Assembly: GCF_964204645.1 (NCBI RefSeq)
Contig: NC_134030.1
Coordinates: 22,156,210 to 22,220,209 of the forward strand
From: Tubulanus polymorphus
Taxonomy: Eukaryota > Animalia > Nemertea
Direction: 5' to 3'
Length of the DNA stretch: 64,000 bases
The stretch's first letter is position 1. Each line of letters starts with the position of its first letter. This document shows, piece after piece, positions 10,356 through 24,600 of this stretch. The notes under the pieces are model-generated. The model was not told where the DNA came from. It worked only from the letters and a program-made list of their open reading frames with translations, and ran no database searches. Position numbers and translations under genes: made by a program.

Positions 10356-12037
10356 ACCCGCGCAGGAGTCGTCGATGGCGCCTGGTGAGTTTGAGTATAT
10401 CAATGGCCACTTCATGGTTCCCACAATTCAAAATTTCCATGGGTGATCTTTCAATTTTCCCAAATAGAAAAACTAAGACATTATTATCATGGTTCCCACA
10501 ATTATATGAATTCAAATTTCCCAAGTTTTTCCCAAGTATTTCATGGGTGATTTTTCAATTTTCCCAAATGGCAAAAAAATGGTTAAATTTTGGTTGCGAT
10601 GTTTTGTGTCTTACAGATTTCGATGTTGTTGTCGACTGGTGATTTGAAAGAAGCACCATCCGAATAAAAACAACTTAAAACTATAACCTTGTACAGAGAA
10701 ACTGGATGGGAAAAACTTTGAAAACACCGCGAGAACAAAAGAGGGCGCCACCAATATCAGCATGTGTTCTGCCGATATTCGATAATTTTATTGGGCGGAT
10801 CTGACCCCCCCTCTCGGGAGTCGAGGGGGGCTAATCTTGTCTCGGATTCTTTAAATGTCTCTGCCATACATACGCGACGACGCGGTGGACTATTTCGGAT
10901 CGGGGGGCAGGGCTTATATCGGCGTCGATTTGATTGACACTTCGCTCGCTCACGTCTCGCGAATAAACAACACGGAAAAAAAAGAATTACGTTTTAAAAC
11001 GGATCATGACCCGATATTTTTTGTACGAAATTTGACGAGCGTTTAAGAAATGGTCGTCCCCGACAACTATCTATTGTGTAAATATTTTTGAGTCCGAAAG
11101 AATAAAAAAAACAAGCGATTGATAGTAAAATAAAAATGTGAAAATCTTGATTTAGTTTTCATTCGGTATTTTTCATGGTTTTTCAAAGATATCGGAACCG
11201 TTTGGCTGAGGATGCATTTTTCTCTGGCTGGTTTTTGTGTTTTTAGTAAATGGAACTGGAGTCCCTGGCGTTGTGAAATAGAATGCGTATTTACGTTTTG
11301 CAGTTGTGGGTGACCGTGTTGGCCTTGAAAATTTGGTTGGAATTGATTGTCTTTGCTAAGTGGTAAAAAGGCGCCGACAGGGTAATGATTCCTTGAGAGA
11401 TGTTGCACGCAGAGATGGGTTGCTATGATTGGTGAACTTGGGACGAGGAATATGAAAGAATTGAGAATTGTGTCTCTATTCATTGACGATTGAAACAATA
11501 TCTCCACTCGACCGGATTGTCTGGTAAGCGAGTATAATGCTAGTTCTCGTTTTTTCCGCTATCGTTATACCTAGCGGCAGCACTAGACGGTCGAGATCGG
11601 ACCTCGCTATTTTCGCCCTCGCTGCCAGGGGTCGGGTATCGCTCCCCGAACTCGCTTCCACCATAGATTGGTCACCTGTCCAATTCTGAGCCACCTGCAT
11701 TCGCAGTCAGAATAGGACAGGGGACGACAGCGGGTGGACCGGGGCACTCCCAAAAGGGTTCGGCACCGCTGCCCCAAGATGTCGTGTACTTTGTGTCCCC
11801 ACTGCTCACGATCTGTAGTAATTTGCTCTAGGAATTCGATAGTAGATATTGGCGAGGTTAATACCAATTTTAGTGCTATGTTTGATTAAAAAAACTAGAT
11901 CAAATCCGTTTAGTAGCGAATAGTCCGCACCCCGATGAATAGAGGATTCTACTTCCTGCCGCTGGGTGGTGCACCGGTCGAAAACTGCGGATTTAAATAG
12001 TCATTATTGCGAATCGGTAAATCGATCTGAAGCCGCG

Positions 12038-12138
12038 ATGTCTGGTAATTTAAAAGTTTTAAACGATGATGCTGAATTTCAGGCTGAACTGAACAGCGCT
12101 GGTTCAAAACTGGTCGTCGTAGATTTGTTCGCAACCTG
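12038..12138 (+). pseudogene. TXNL1: Orphan first coding exon of a thioredoxin-like protein 1 gene; no downstream WCGPC exon found
   Basis: MSGNLKVLNDDAEFQAELNSAGSKLVVVDLFAT-TG|gttagt resembles the TXNL1/Txl N-terminus (FQAEL..AG.xLVVVDF.A.W). No matching exon was seen before SF3A1 begins. Confidence 0.65.
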
Positions 12139-13124
12139 GTTAGTTGCCCGACAGACCGGGCCACCACCAAAAAAATAAACAAAAATCCATTCCGATTTTA
12201 CCGTCAATCGTTTGGTTCTTTGCATGAACTATTTACAAATTGATCGAGATGTCAAGAAAAACTCTATTCAAATTGACAGTTGAACAATCAATATTTATAT
12301 ACTCGATTATATACTCTTGTTGAATGCATAGAAGAGAATACCTCCAAAATACTTCGCATTAAATGTCACATTTGAGAAAATAACCAATTTGATAATGTCT
12401 TGAAGACAAGGCAAAGGTGGCAAAACTAGCCATCTTGTAAAATAATGTTAATGAAAATTAAATCAAAGACTGTTTACTTAATCTAATCTTAAGCTTTCCA
12501 GATTGAATTTGTGTTTTTATATCCGGTTATTATGTTTTTATTTTGCAGACTTTTATAATTATTTGTGTATTTTTGTTATTTTCCTATTGATGCAAATTGT
12601 ATAAATCAGCTGTAGTGGAAATGTATCGTAGGTAAAGACTTCTAAATACCTTACATGTAACTTTGTTTTAAGTTAGTACAATTTCATACATAGTAATAGA
12701 AATAAAATTACTATTAAAATTTGAGAAAATAAGCTGAAAGTTAATAATATGATATTTATGTTGATGAAAATAAAATGATGTAAGAATGTAAATCAGATTG
12801 ATTACTTAATCCTACGCTTTCCAGAGTATTTGGCCAGGTTTATCTCTGATTTTAGTGCGGGGAGCCATGGACTCACGGTTTAAGAGTCCATGGTTATGGC
12901 CATAGACGTTCTGTTTTAGAGTCTATGGTTGGACCATGGGTGTATAAACTCTCATTTATAGTTTATACGCCTATGGTGGTTGGACTAATTGTTTTTGAAA
13001 GTCCACGTGTTTGAGGAGCTTACGTTATAATTCCTCGAGCACAAACCTGGCATTTTGTATAATTGTTGTATGAGAATAAATATGATTGATTTTGAAAGTT
13101 GTCATTCGTTTAGTTAAGCAATAA

Positions 13125-13325
13125 GTGTTACTAAAACGAAGCACTACTAAAAACGAAGGCTATATGCACCCGAGAGAACCGACCAATATACGTTTCCGGC
13201 AGAGGTGGCACAAAGCGCCCCAAGTGATGATTTCGAGTATCTTCGGACTTCTTAAGTCATGCATAGTTTTAATACCTCGAAGTGCATAGGTCTTCGTTTT
13301 AGTAGCGCATAGTTTTTAGTAACAC
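13125..13325. mobile_element. ~200-bp MITE
   Basis: Inverted ends GTGTTACTAAAA...ctactaaaaacgaag / cttcgttttagtag...TTTTAGTAACAC. Confidence 0.65.
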
Positions 13326-13839
13326 CCCCATTGCACTGCCCTGCTATAAAATTAACTGCTTTTTACGGCCGGTCCGTGAATCATTTTCACGAACCCAGGG
13401 CCACCTTCGGTTATCTGAGTCAGTCGACCATAGTCGAACTAAACGAAACCGAATGTCCGTTAGTCGGAACTATATTTCGGAAATAGTTCGATAAATCAAG
13501 CGCATTCGGTTATAAGCTGATCCTGAGCCATCCTATATAGACAATTCCGACCCGATTATGTTGTTCGTAGGCCGTTCCGTACAAATAGCATTCGGAGTTC
13601 ATCCGCACGAGCGAGTCCGTACGAATAGCTATCACTTTGAATCTTATTTTGTTTCCAAAGAATTAACTATTATTATAGCGATGCTTTCAACTTCTACAAG
13701 GATGGTGGCTACTTAGGATGAGAATTGTTTGATTTTACACGCGATCTAAAAATCTCAATAGATTCCGTACTATTTAGAAATCGGTAAATCTATAGTAACA
13801 ACTCACATACCAGAGGGAGAATTAGAAACAAATTTAATT

Positions 13840-14829
13840 TTATTGAGCTGGCACTTTGTTCAGATTATATATTCTCAGTGAGGACTGTTTATTACTGTTA
13901 TCATAGTGATGGATGGCTACAGTGTTGCTGTCACACACTTGATGTATATCACATGTCAAACTGTCTACAGAGTTCAATACTATGCGTGGGTGATCTATGA
14001 ACCCCTGATCATTATATCTGATACTAATCACAGCTCCTCTGTTATCAGAGTATCCAGGATTTACAGATATTAATACACGTTGATCATTAATAACACAAAG
14101 GTATCCACGATCTGGAGTAAATGTTAGTCCGCAATCCTTATTGATATTGATAAAACTGATCAGTTTTGCTTCAGCTGTTAAATACATCAATTTATACGTA
14201 AGCACGCAGTAAATAAACATTCGGCTCCCCCGCGAGTCGACATCGAAACAGTTGATGACGTAACCTCCATCCGGCAGCTTATATTTCGTTATTTGGTTTC
14301 TATCGATCAAACTGTTATTAGGATTTTCTAGCAAATGTAAAACATGAACGTTTCCTTCTGACTGTATATAAATACCGCGACCACGCATTTTTAGGGTTAC
14401 ACAGTATCTGGACAGGATATCATTGATATTTTCTTCCAAATAGTTGTCCTGATTTATATATTTTCTCAGATAGTATTCCTGGTTTATTTTCCATATGAGC
14501 ACGTACAGAAATCCGTTATCATCAGCAGCGAGTCCCCGCACACCAAAACCACCATTCTTTATATATCTCGTCATTTCATTGTCATCATCCATGAAATAAA
14601 TAACACTGGCCCTCCAGTACTGTGCACATAGAATCATTCGTGACTGTTGACCAGCCAGCTGCTGCTGCTGCTGCTGCTGCTGCCGCCGTCGCCGCTCACC
14701 TGACAAAGTTATCACTAGATTGGGCGAGAATTTCGTCCGAACTTGTTTACTGATCATCAATGAATCGATGACATCGTGTTCCATATGATCCGTATGAATT
14801 GCTGCGGCGTCATCGGTAGATCTCTCCAT
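13840..14829 (-). CDS. Intronless 329-aa NHL-like beta-propeller protein with a polyQ tract, resembling the C-terminal half of invertebrate TRIM-NHL-like proteins
   Basis: Uninterrupted ~1-kb ORF in AT-rich DNA with blade-like motifs (VRGLAADDNGFLYV, NCFDVDSRGSRMFIY, CGLTFTPDRGYLCV, LRIYNL). An acceptor at 14888 precedes the ATG at 14829. The fold is inferred. Confidence 0.6.
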   Translation of the reverse strand: MERSTDDAAAIHTDHMEHDVIDSLMISKQVRTKFSPNLVITLSGERRRRQQQQQQQQLAGQQSRMILCAQYWRASVIYFMDDDNEMTRYIKNGGFGVRGLAADDNGFLYVLIWKINQEYYLRKYINQDNYLEENINDILSRYCVTLKMRGRGIYIQSEGNVHVLHLLENPNNSLIDRNQITKYKLPDGGYVINCFDVDSRGSRMFIYCVLTYKLMYLTAEAKLISFININKDCGLTFTPDRGYLCVINDQRVLISVNPGYSDNRGAVISIRYNDQGFIDHPRIVLNSVDSLTCDIHQVCDSNTVAIHHYDNSNKQSSLRIYNLNKVPAQ

Positions 14830-15640
14830 TTCATCAATTCTAGTCCTGACACCGATCTGTTGATCTCTTCTCCTTTTTGCTGGTTTTCTGAAACAGTTTA
14901 AAGTCAGGCGAATCAGAGAACTATGCTGACCGTTGATCAATGTCTGCTGGTGGAACTGCTCGCACGTGACTTATCGGTATCATGCTATTCTAATTCGTTC
15001 TGTGACGATCGCTAGCACCACGAAACCGGACCGAACCGGCGCCGTGAGTCATGTCGGGTGATGACGATTCCCTTATTGGCTTCGTGGTGACACCGTTTGT
15101 TTGTCTCGGGTAAACATGAAAGCAGATAAAGACAGATAAAATCCCTTTGAAAAACAGTTATCAATCAATAGCAATAAAATACCAGGTCGTATACTACGGC
15201 GGCCGCGACGAGCCACCATTTTCACATACAGCGAGATATGTGTGTCATGGCCAAAAAGATCTAATAAAAAACAGCGAATAACAGAAGCGAAAGGCGACGG
15301 GCTGGGCGGCCGTGGGTCGCCTGTACAATTATCGCGGTCTAAACAAAGTCAACATTGAATTCATTGGCTTTCATTAGACTGCGACTTGCCTCGTGTCCCC
15401 ATTCAAGAAGATAGACTTCAAGTTCAAGTTCAAATTACCGGTTTGGACAGGCACCCAGTCTATCAAGACGATAGGACCGGTAACCAGTCTACCGGTAAAC
15501 CGCCATTTTGTTTTTTAAGTACTACTTCCGTTTTACGGTTGATTTCAACATTACCTAAATCGCATTTCTTAGGAAAGGATCAAATTTATTTTTGGGAATT
15601 AAGATTTTCATATCGAACGTAGAAAGAGCGCTGATAGAAG

Positions 15641-18600
15641 ATGCCTGAAGCGTTAGTCCAACCGACTGCAGCCTCGACTGGAACTGGAGGAGGAGGGGAA
15701 CAACAGAAATCATCGATAGGAATTATATATCCACCTCCAGAAGTCAGAAGTATCCTTCTCATCAATTCAATTTAAATACTGAATTTATTGCATTGTTAAG
15801 CAATTCGCGACGAAAACGTAAAACACGACTTTCATATAAGGATTAACTCTTCGTAAACTGGACTGGATTTGTAGCCGGTGCGATTCAAGAATAGGGGACT
15901 ATAGCAATATATATGTAGTGATAGTAATCAATTAAGTAATAATATTAGTAATTGATAATGATGATATATAATGATAGTAATGTATATAGTAATTAATGAT
16001 GATTAGGGAACTAAACCTAACCCTAAACCTAACCCTAAACCTAACCTTAATCCTAACCACTAGTCCCCTATTCTTGAATCTTACCCTGGCAACTAACCAC
16101 CACCGTGCCCAACCCTCCCCTTCCTGGCTGAGCAGGCTGATTTTATTGACTAAATTCAATTTTAGAACGCATGTGGAATGAGCTCCCCTTCTCTGTTATG
16201 GCATTACCCATTAGGCCTACCCAGTTAAGCCATGTCTTCAGAGGAGATCACTACATTAAAAACGACCTTAAACATCGTTTTTTAATCCACTTTTAACTGT
16301 ATTGAATCCAATGAAGGATATCCAAAAAGTCTTCATTGAAAGCGGTTCATGAGAGAAAAGAGACTCCATGATTTGAAAGTTTAACAATATGTCTCCATAC
16401 CTACCAACTGAAGTTCAAATGGATTAAAAAATGATGTTTAAGGTCGACTGGTAGTCCCTTGTGGTCCTATTAAGACCTTTATCAGGTATGTACTACCAAA
16501 AATGAGCGAGCTAGGCCACCGGGAATGCTCTCAAATCAGGTTGAAATAGACATTAGTGTTCAATCCACATTTGGCTAAACGACTATGGTAGCTACTTCAC
16601 TTTGACTATTGATGTGGAATAGGCCCCCTTCTCAGCTGTTAGGCGTCAGACAGTTTAGACAACGTCTAAAAACATATCTGTTAGTTGTCAAGAAATTATC
16701 TTTTGCTCCAAGATAGTTGTGTTCTCGCTCTGTACGTTTTACGTGTTTTTAAGATATTTCTATTTGTTGCGTTGTTGTTGTTGTTCCTCAATTTCACGCG
16801 TTCAGACATCGTCGATAAAACCGCGAGTTTCGTCGCGCGTAATGGACCCGAATTCGAAACGCGTATTCGTCAAAACGAAATCAACAATCCGAAATTCAAC
16901 TTCCTCAACGCCAACGACCCGTACCACGCCTACTACCAGTATAAAGTCAAAGAGTTCAAGGAGGGCAAAGGTAAAAAAAAGCAACCAAAATAAAGATAGC
17001 TGCAAAGCAGCGATAACAGGTTTTCTGCCTAATTTCCAACTTGTGGGTGCCGATGAAAAATTAAGATAGAGAAATCAAAGTTCTTTTGGGGATAGTCGAA
17101 CTAAATTATGGTTAAAAGTTTATTTCAGAATTTGTTTTTTAATGTTTTTCAAAACTATCTTTTTTCCAGGCCAAGAACCAGCAGCGCCTAAGGTAAAAAT
17201 ATTCAATATTCATATCTAGATGGAAAATTCTGTCAGAGAACTAGTATTGTTGGTGTCTTGTTGTTCTTGGTGACGAGTGACACAAGGAACCTCTTGATAA
17301 GAAACAGCCCTCACTGAAGACATCTCATCATCTTAGGGAATTTTTGGTCAGAGTTAAGGGAAATATCTTTCAAAGATCTTTTAAAACCCTGTAATTTTTT
17401 CACCAGCGGGTGGCTGTCTCATACGTGGAGTTTAGAATTTATGCTGAGTTAATGTGTGATTAAAGAATGGCCCTGTTAACTGGTGTTATTGAAAGTGAAT
17501 TCTGATAATGATGTTTTTGTTTTTCTGTTTCAGGGCACCCCGGTCGGGATTTCAGTTGCGCCAGCGTTCACTAAAACACAAGAACAGCAGAGTAAACTGA
17601 TCGAACCTATCGTACCGTCGGAACCTCCGCCTCAGAGCGACTTCATCGCTGACCCTCCTTCTATATCAGCATTCGACTTGTAAGTTTAACCTTAACATCC
17701 TTAGATCCCCCTATGACATCATCATATTTGTCACTTCCAGAAAAAACTTCTGCCTCTATAAATCCCCCTATGACATCAAATTTTTCATTACCAGAAAAAA
17801 CTTCAGCCTCTATAAATCCCTCTATGACATCATCAAATTTGTTATTTCCTGAAAAAAACTTCTGCCTCTATAAATCCCCCATGACATCATCAAATTGTCT
17901 ACTAGTGATTTGATCTACAGACACTTCTAGAAAAGATGCCTGCCTCCGTAAATCCCCCTATGACATCATCGAATTGTCTACTAGTGATTTGATTTATAGA
18001 CACTTCTAGAAAAGATGCCTAAACCTCCATAAATCCCCCTATGACATCATGTATCTATATTTCAGGGATGTAGTTAAGTTGACTGCTCAATTCGTCGCCA
18101 GAAACGGTCGTCAATTTCTGACGAATTTAATGAATCGCGAACAGCGTAATTATCAGTTTGATTTCCTGCGACCGCAGCACAGTTTATTCACCTACTTCAC
18201 TAAACTAGTCGAACAGTACACCATGGTAATTACTACCGATTTAATCCACTGAAACGAGCGTGTGGATTTATCCACTGCTGAAACGGGCACGTGTGGATTT
18301 ATCCACCGCTGAAATGAGCGTGTGGATAATCCACTGAAACGGGCGCGTGTGGATAATCCACTGAAACCTAGCTACTTTGCTTTGAATTGTTTCCTTGTTT
18401 TCATTTTCAGATTTTGATTCCGCCGAAAGATTTGAATAAGAAATTGTCGACAGAATCGATTAATTTGAAAGAAGTAAGTCCTTTCCCTCCCCAGTCTTGT
18501 TTCTCCCCGCAGAAGTGGTGTGGATCACTCTCCCTTCTCTCTTCTCCCTCCTCCCTACAGAGGTTCAGTAGAGCGCTCTCCCTCCCCGTGCTCTACTCTC

Positions 18601-21600
18601 TGTAGACAGAAATGGTGTATAATCCAGCAGCGATTTCTGAATGAATAAATCTCTCTGAGAAACGATGATGAATGTCGGTAACATTCTTTCACGTTTCTCT
18701 GAAAAAAAGAAAAATAAGATAAATTGAATAAACTTTGAAATATCGACGTTGTTCATTTCTGTTTGCGGGAATAAATCATATCAAAACGGTCAGAATGAAT
18801 AAACTTAGAAATATCACCGTGAGTGGAATTATTATTTGATTGATCGATTGATTGTTTGTAGGTTTTGGATCAGGTGATCTATCGCGTGGAATGGGCGAAA
18901 TATCAGGAACGCGAGCGTCGTAAGATCGAAGAGGCAGCCGAAAGAGAACGAGGTTTGTTCATTAGATTGCGTAATTCTCATCTGTGGTATTTTATTTCAA
19001 TCATACGTAATATGCTCGACCAGGGTGCGATCTAAGCACTTGTCCGATTGCCCGGGACAAGTATATTCTCATCAGGGCGAGTAGGTTATCATTATCACTT
19101 GTCCCCCGGGCTAGTGCAATTTCATGTCATAAAGCTTTTTTTCCCATTCGATACAACAGATGATAGTGCCACCAATCGGACTGCCTGGTGTAGGGCAAGT
19201 AGGGGGAGGGGGCAAGCAAAATTTCACATATGCTTGCCCCCGGGCAAGTGACTTTCATTCCTTAGATCGGACCCTGCCGACTGTAAAGCCTTCGTTAATA
19301 AACCCCAATATTTTCAAGTGCATAAGAGTTTACAAACTGCTGAATTAAAGAATTCGCCAATTTTGAATTGTTTTTCAGTCGCGTACGCACAGATCGACTG
19401 GCACGACTTCGTCGTCGTGGAGACAGTCGACTTCCAGCCGAACGAACAGGGCAACCTGCCGCCTCCGACGACTCCGGAGGAGGTCGGAGCGCGAGTCATC
19501 GCGCAGCAACGCGTCGATCTGGAGGTAGCTAAACGTTTCTGGGATCAACTCGTTTTCAAATTTAGGAAGATTTAGACTTGTAGTTTATCAGGGTGGCTGG
19601 TGCCACTGACCTGGAAAACCTGAAAAACTCAAAAAATTCAAAAAAATCTACAACAAACTTGGGAATTTTGCAAAAGAAACTTGTAAAATTCAGGCAATTT
19701 GGATAATGTTATAAACCACATGTTTCTTTATCAATACGCGATTCAATGAAAAATGAATGAATTTTTCATATTTTAAACCTAGAAATTTCTCTGATTCACT
19801 CTGGGGGGGGGGGGAATTTTGTGTTATCATGGAAAAATTAAAGTAAACTCGGGGATTTTGTAAATGTGTTGAAGGAATAGTTTGGAATGATCTGGAAAAG
19901 TTTAGAATTTGAACCTTTTTTTTTCGGAAAATATTTAACATCGGAATTTAGAAATTCCGGGGAACGATTAAATTTTGAAAACAATTTTTTGTTGTGGCAG
20001 GAATCGAATGATGTTGAAATGGAAGTGGAAAGCGGGGATGAAACGGACAGCAGCGACGACGACGAGGACGCAGCAAAGGAGAAAACATCGAATGAAACAC
20101 GGGTAAATCATCATTCTCTATTCATCATCATCACTAGTTTCATCTTCATCGGATGTAATTAATTTCAATGTAATTTACAACTCTTGATTCCCTTAAAACT
20201 CTTAAACATAAGATGCTTTTAGGGCGCTTGAAACTATTTTGATTTGAACAGACTCCTTTAAAACTTCAATTTTGAGGAAAAGTCAATTAGAAATTGTTCT
20301 CGTCGCACAGAAATATTTGCATTAGTGGGTTCAGTAGCGACCAGGATTTTAGTTTACCCGATTAGGCAGTTACCAAACTGTTAACATGAGAAAGAGTTAA
20401 GTGTAAAGGATAAAGATTTTATAACAAAACCACTGAATTAACAGTTCATCGAGATGAACAGGATTTAGGAGGAGTCTACAGTAATAGGGCTATGAAAGTG
20501 ATGCAGACGCTTCCTCAAAATTTGAAATTTTCTCCTTAAAAACTCCTTATATCCAGGAATGACTTTAACCGTTATAATTAACACAGGATTGATAAACATT
20601 ATCGTTGATTTAACTGAATTGTTTATAAAATGAATGTAACTTTAATTTAATTAACTAATTAGTAATGTGTAATTAATTGTTGGTGTTTGTAGAAGAAGGA
20701 AGAAGAGGTAGTGACTAAACGTCTGCCACCACCGCCACCTCCCAGTATACCTCCCCCGCCTCTACCGTCCGAGGTGCCGCGACCTCCTCCGGTCAGTGAA
20801 ATACCACAACCACCACCTCTACCCCCGACACCGGACCACGTCGTAGTCAGGAAGGATTACGATCCTAAAGGTATGTTACATATTGATACATGCCTCCATA
20901 AATCCCCCTATGACATCATCAAACTACCTATTACTTACTTGATATATAGACACTTCAAGAAAACCAGCCCCGTGGGGCATCTTACAGTTCACCTTCAGAA
21001 TTCATAGGATATCTGCCTCCATAGATCCAACTATGACATCATCAAATTATCAACTGTCTCTAAGTGATCATAGTTTATTAATTGTGGTTATTTGATGTCA
21101 TAGGGGGATTTGTAGAGGCAGACATCTTTTGTGGAAGTGTCTATAGATCAAATCACTAATAGACAATTTGATGATGTCATAGGGGGATTTTTGAAGGCAG
21201 ACATCTTTCTAGAAGTGCCTATAGATAAAATCACTAGTAGACAATTTGATGATGTCATAGGGGGATTTTTGAAGGCAGACATCTTTTCTAGAAGTGTCTG
21301 TAGATCAAATCACTAGTAGGACAGTTTGATGATGTCATAGGGGGATTTTTGAAGGCAGACATCTTTTCTAGAAGTGCCTATAGATGAAATCACTAGTAGA
21401 CAATTTGATGATGTCATAGGGGTATTTTTGAAGGCTGACATCTTTTCTACAAGTGTCTATAGATGAAATCACTAGTAGGACAGTTTGATGATATCATAGG
21501 GGGATTTATGGAGGCAGACATATTTTCTGAATGTGTTTATGGATCAAATATTACTATTTGATGCTGTGTGATGATATCGTAGGGGGATTTATGGAGGCCT

Positions 21601-24600
21601 GAAGTGTCTCTTCGATGATGTCATAGGGTGATTAAGTGAAGCAGCCATGTTTATACGTATATATTGATTGATATGTTGTAGCTGCGAAGGCGTCTGCGGC
21701 AGTCGTAACCGATCAGTACCTGATTTCACCAATCACTGGCGAGAAGATCGCCGCCGATAAGGTAGCGGAACACGTTCGCATCGGATTACTGGATCGTAAG
21801 TGGATCGAACAGCGCGATCGGTCGATGTCGGAGAAACGCGAACAGGAAGAGGTGTTCGCGCCCGGAGTCAGCATCGGATCAAACTTGAAGAAACTGTCGG
21901 AGCGTCGTACGGATATATTCGGTATCGGTCTCGAGGAGACGCAGATCGGTAAAAAGGTGAGTAGTTACGGGCACCGGTTGCCAGGGGGCGTCGCGACTTA
22001 CAATAGATTACATCCTCACTTGCCACAAGTGGAATCCTCTATTACCGCAGTAGTTGATGTCCAACAGCTCACTAGCGACACCTGGTGGATCCACACTTGC
22101 TACAAGTGGAATCCTCTATTGCCGCAGTAGTTGATGTTGTACTGCACACACTTGTTACACCTGGTGGATCCTCACTTGCCGCAAGTGGAATCCTCTATTG
22201 CCGCAGTAGTTGATGTCGTACTGCACACTAGCGACACCTGGTAGATCCTCACTTGCCACAAGTGGAATCCTCTATTGCCGCAGTAGTTGATATCGTACTG
22301 CACACTAGTGACACCTGGTGGATCCTCACTTGCCACAAGTGGAATCCTCTATTGCTAAAGTAGTTGATGTTGTACTGCACACTAGCGACACCTGGTGGAT
22401 CCCCGTGCTGAGTATTGATTTGAATTGTATTTTGTATTTCAGATCGGTGAAGAAGAGAAACGCGTTGAGAAGGTCACGTGGGACGGTCACACGGCGTCGA
22501 TGGAGAAAGTCACGCAGAAAGCTCGTGAAAACATCTCGATTCAGGAACAGATTCATCTGATTCACAAAGTCAAGGGTCTCCTGTAAGTCTTTAACAACAG
22601 TTATCACTACAATCTCATATACACTGATCGTCATCTTCTCTATAGAACCAAAATGTGCTTACTCCTGCTGGAGTGTGGAGTTGTTTTAGTCTTAATTTGT
22701 TTGATTAGCATTTTCTGATTTCATAAAGAATGGTCTTTATCTGAGGACTGATTGGTTTTAACTTGATTGTCAAATTGATTATAAAACCCAATTGAACTAA
22801 GGCTGGTCTTAAATGTTCCACAGATCTTTGTTGATGAATGATGAGTTTTATACTGAAATTATAGACTTGTAGTCTGAAGTAGGAGTTGCCATATTTACAC
22901 ACTGTGTGGTTCCAATATTGTACACATATTGAATAAATAGTCATAGTGTTGTATTGAACCAGTTTGAGTAGTGACACACACACACACACCTGTCTGTCTG
23001 TCTGACCACCTCAATCAGCTTCAGTGATCTAATGATTTCATTGGCTGGCTAGGGTTATGATGTCATAGCTGGTCAGGTGACCTAGGGTTAGGGTTAGCTG
23101 TGATTGGCTGGCTAGAGTTATGATGTTCCAGCTGGTCAGGTGACCTAGGGTTAGGGTTAACTGTGATTGGCTGGCTTGGGTTATGATGTCATAGCTGGTC
23201 AGGTGACCTAGGGTTAGGGTTAGCTGTGATTCGCTGACCAGAAGTTATGATGTCACAGGTCTCAGGCTTTAGGAATTAGTAGCTACGTATTGATAATGGA
23301 ATCTACTATTCTATTCTGGGGTAGGACTTTTAATAGTTACAAATAGAAAACTGACATTTATTTAACAATTAGAAATCATGAGTTTTATACTGAACTTATA
23401 GAGTTTTAGAAATATGGGCTGAACCTATTTCCGCTAGGCTCTCAAGAATTTACCTCCGAGTGGAAATACAGAATCCTTTTCTAGAGTCTTTGAGTTACAA
23501 GTACTTCACTTTCAATGTTTTTAAAATAGGTTATTTAAGCATTTAACCAAGTTTTTCAAGGATATCACAAAGATTTCATTAAAAGAATTATTCACAAGCA
23601 AGACTTATCTTTCCGTTCAAGGGTGCATTTAAATCCAAGATGGCCAATTCCCTAGAAAGCTCAGGGAATCAGAAAAATATAGAAAGGAATCAGGGAAAAC
23701 TCTTGAAATTTGATAGAAATTTACCGCAAACCTGGAAAACTCAGGAAATTCAGATATTGTCCACGTATTTCTTTATCAATACGGGATTCAAAAGTGAATG
23801 AATTTTTTATATTTCAAACCTGGAAATTTCTCTGATTCACTCACAGGAAATTTTCTGTGATCACTAGGAATGAATCAGGGAAATGTAAATATGTGAAAAG
23901 TGGCGCCATCCTTGAAATCTAAATCAAATTTGAATTTATCGCGTTTCAGGCCGGACGAAAACAAAGAGAAGATCGGACCGACCCTCCCGTCGTCGAAACC
24001 AACGACGACCTCGTCGTCGCTAGGCGGAAGGATGCCGCCGGCGACCTCTTCGTCGACGCTGACGGCTCCGATGAAACCGCTGCTGCCACCTACGTCGACG
24101 TTACCGAAACCGAAGCCGCTGCAGCAGGCGAGGATTCCGGCGGCGATGATGGCGTCGATGCCGCGCCCGCCGCCGATTCACCGACCCGCCCACATGTCCG
24201 TGCCGCCCGTCATGATGATGCCCGCGATGCCTCAACCGCCGATGATGCCGGGTATGTTTGTATTTCACGATCCCTACGACTCTGGAATTCCCAAAAAATC
24301 CTTCTAAACAGAAAATGCTTTTAACCCTTTCATTGCTGACTAATCAATACCCTATAGTGCTGGAGATAATTTGAAAATTCTAAAAAATTCCACCCTAGTG
24401 TGTTGAATAACGGGAATACCACTATAGTGCGTCTACACCGAGGTGCGGTGTATCGTTAGTTACTAATATTTCACTGTTACATGTGCTGCCATCTTTCAAG
24501 AGAGATAATTACTAATTACATCAATACACAGCAGTGTGGTGTACTAGCAAAATCCATCACTGATTCGTACACCGCACTGCGGTGTAGACGCACTGAAAGA

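Larger units (their letters stand above)
15750..16805 (+). other. U12-type (minor spliceosome) GT-AG intron, SF3A1 intron 1
   Basis: 5' site GTATCCTT; branch site TTCCTCAAT at 16784-16792 close to the AG; no conventional pyrimidine tract after it. Confidence 0.9.

Noticed and set aside
23080-23225. Interstitial telomere or chromosome fusion site
   Set aside because: Only about two TTAGGG units occur per copy of a longer satellite, with no head-to-head array.
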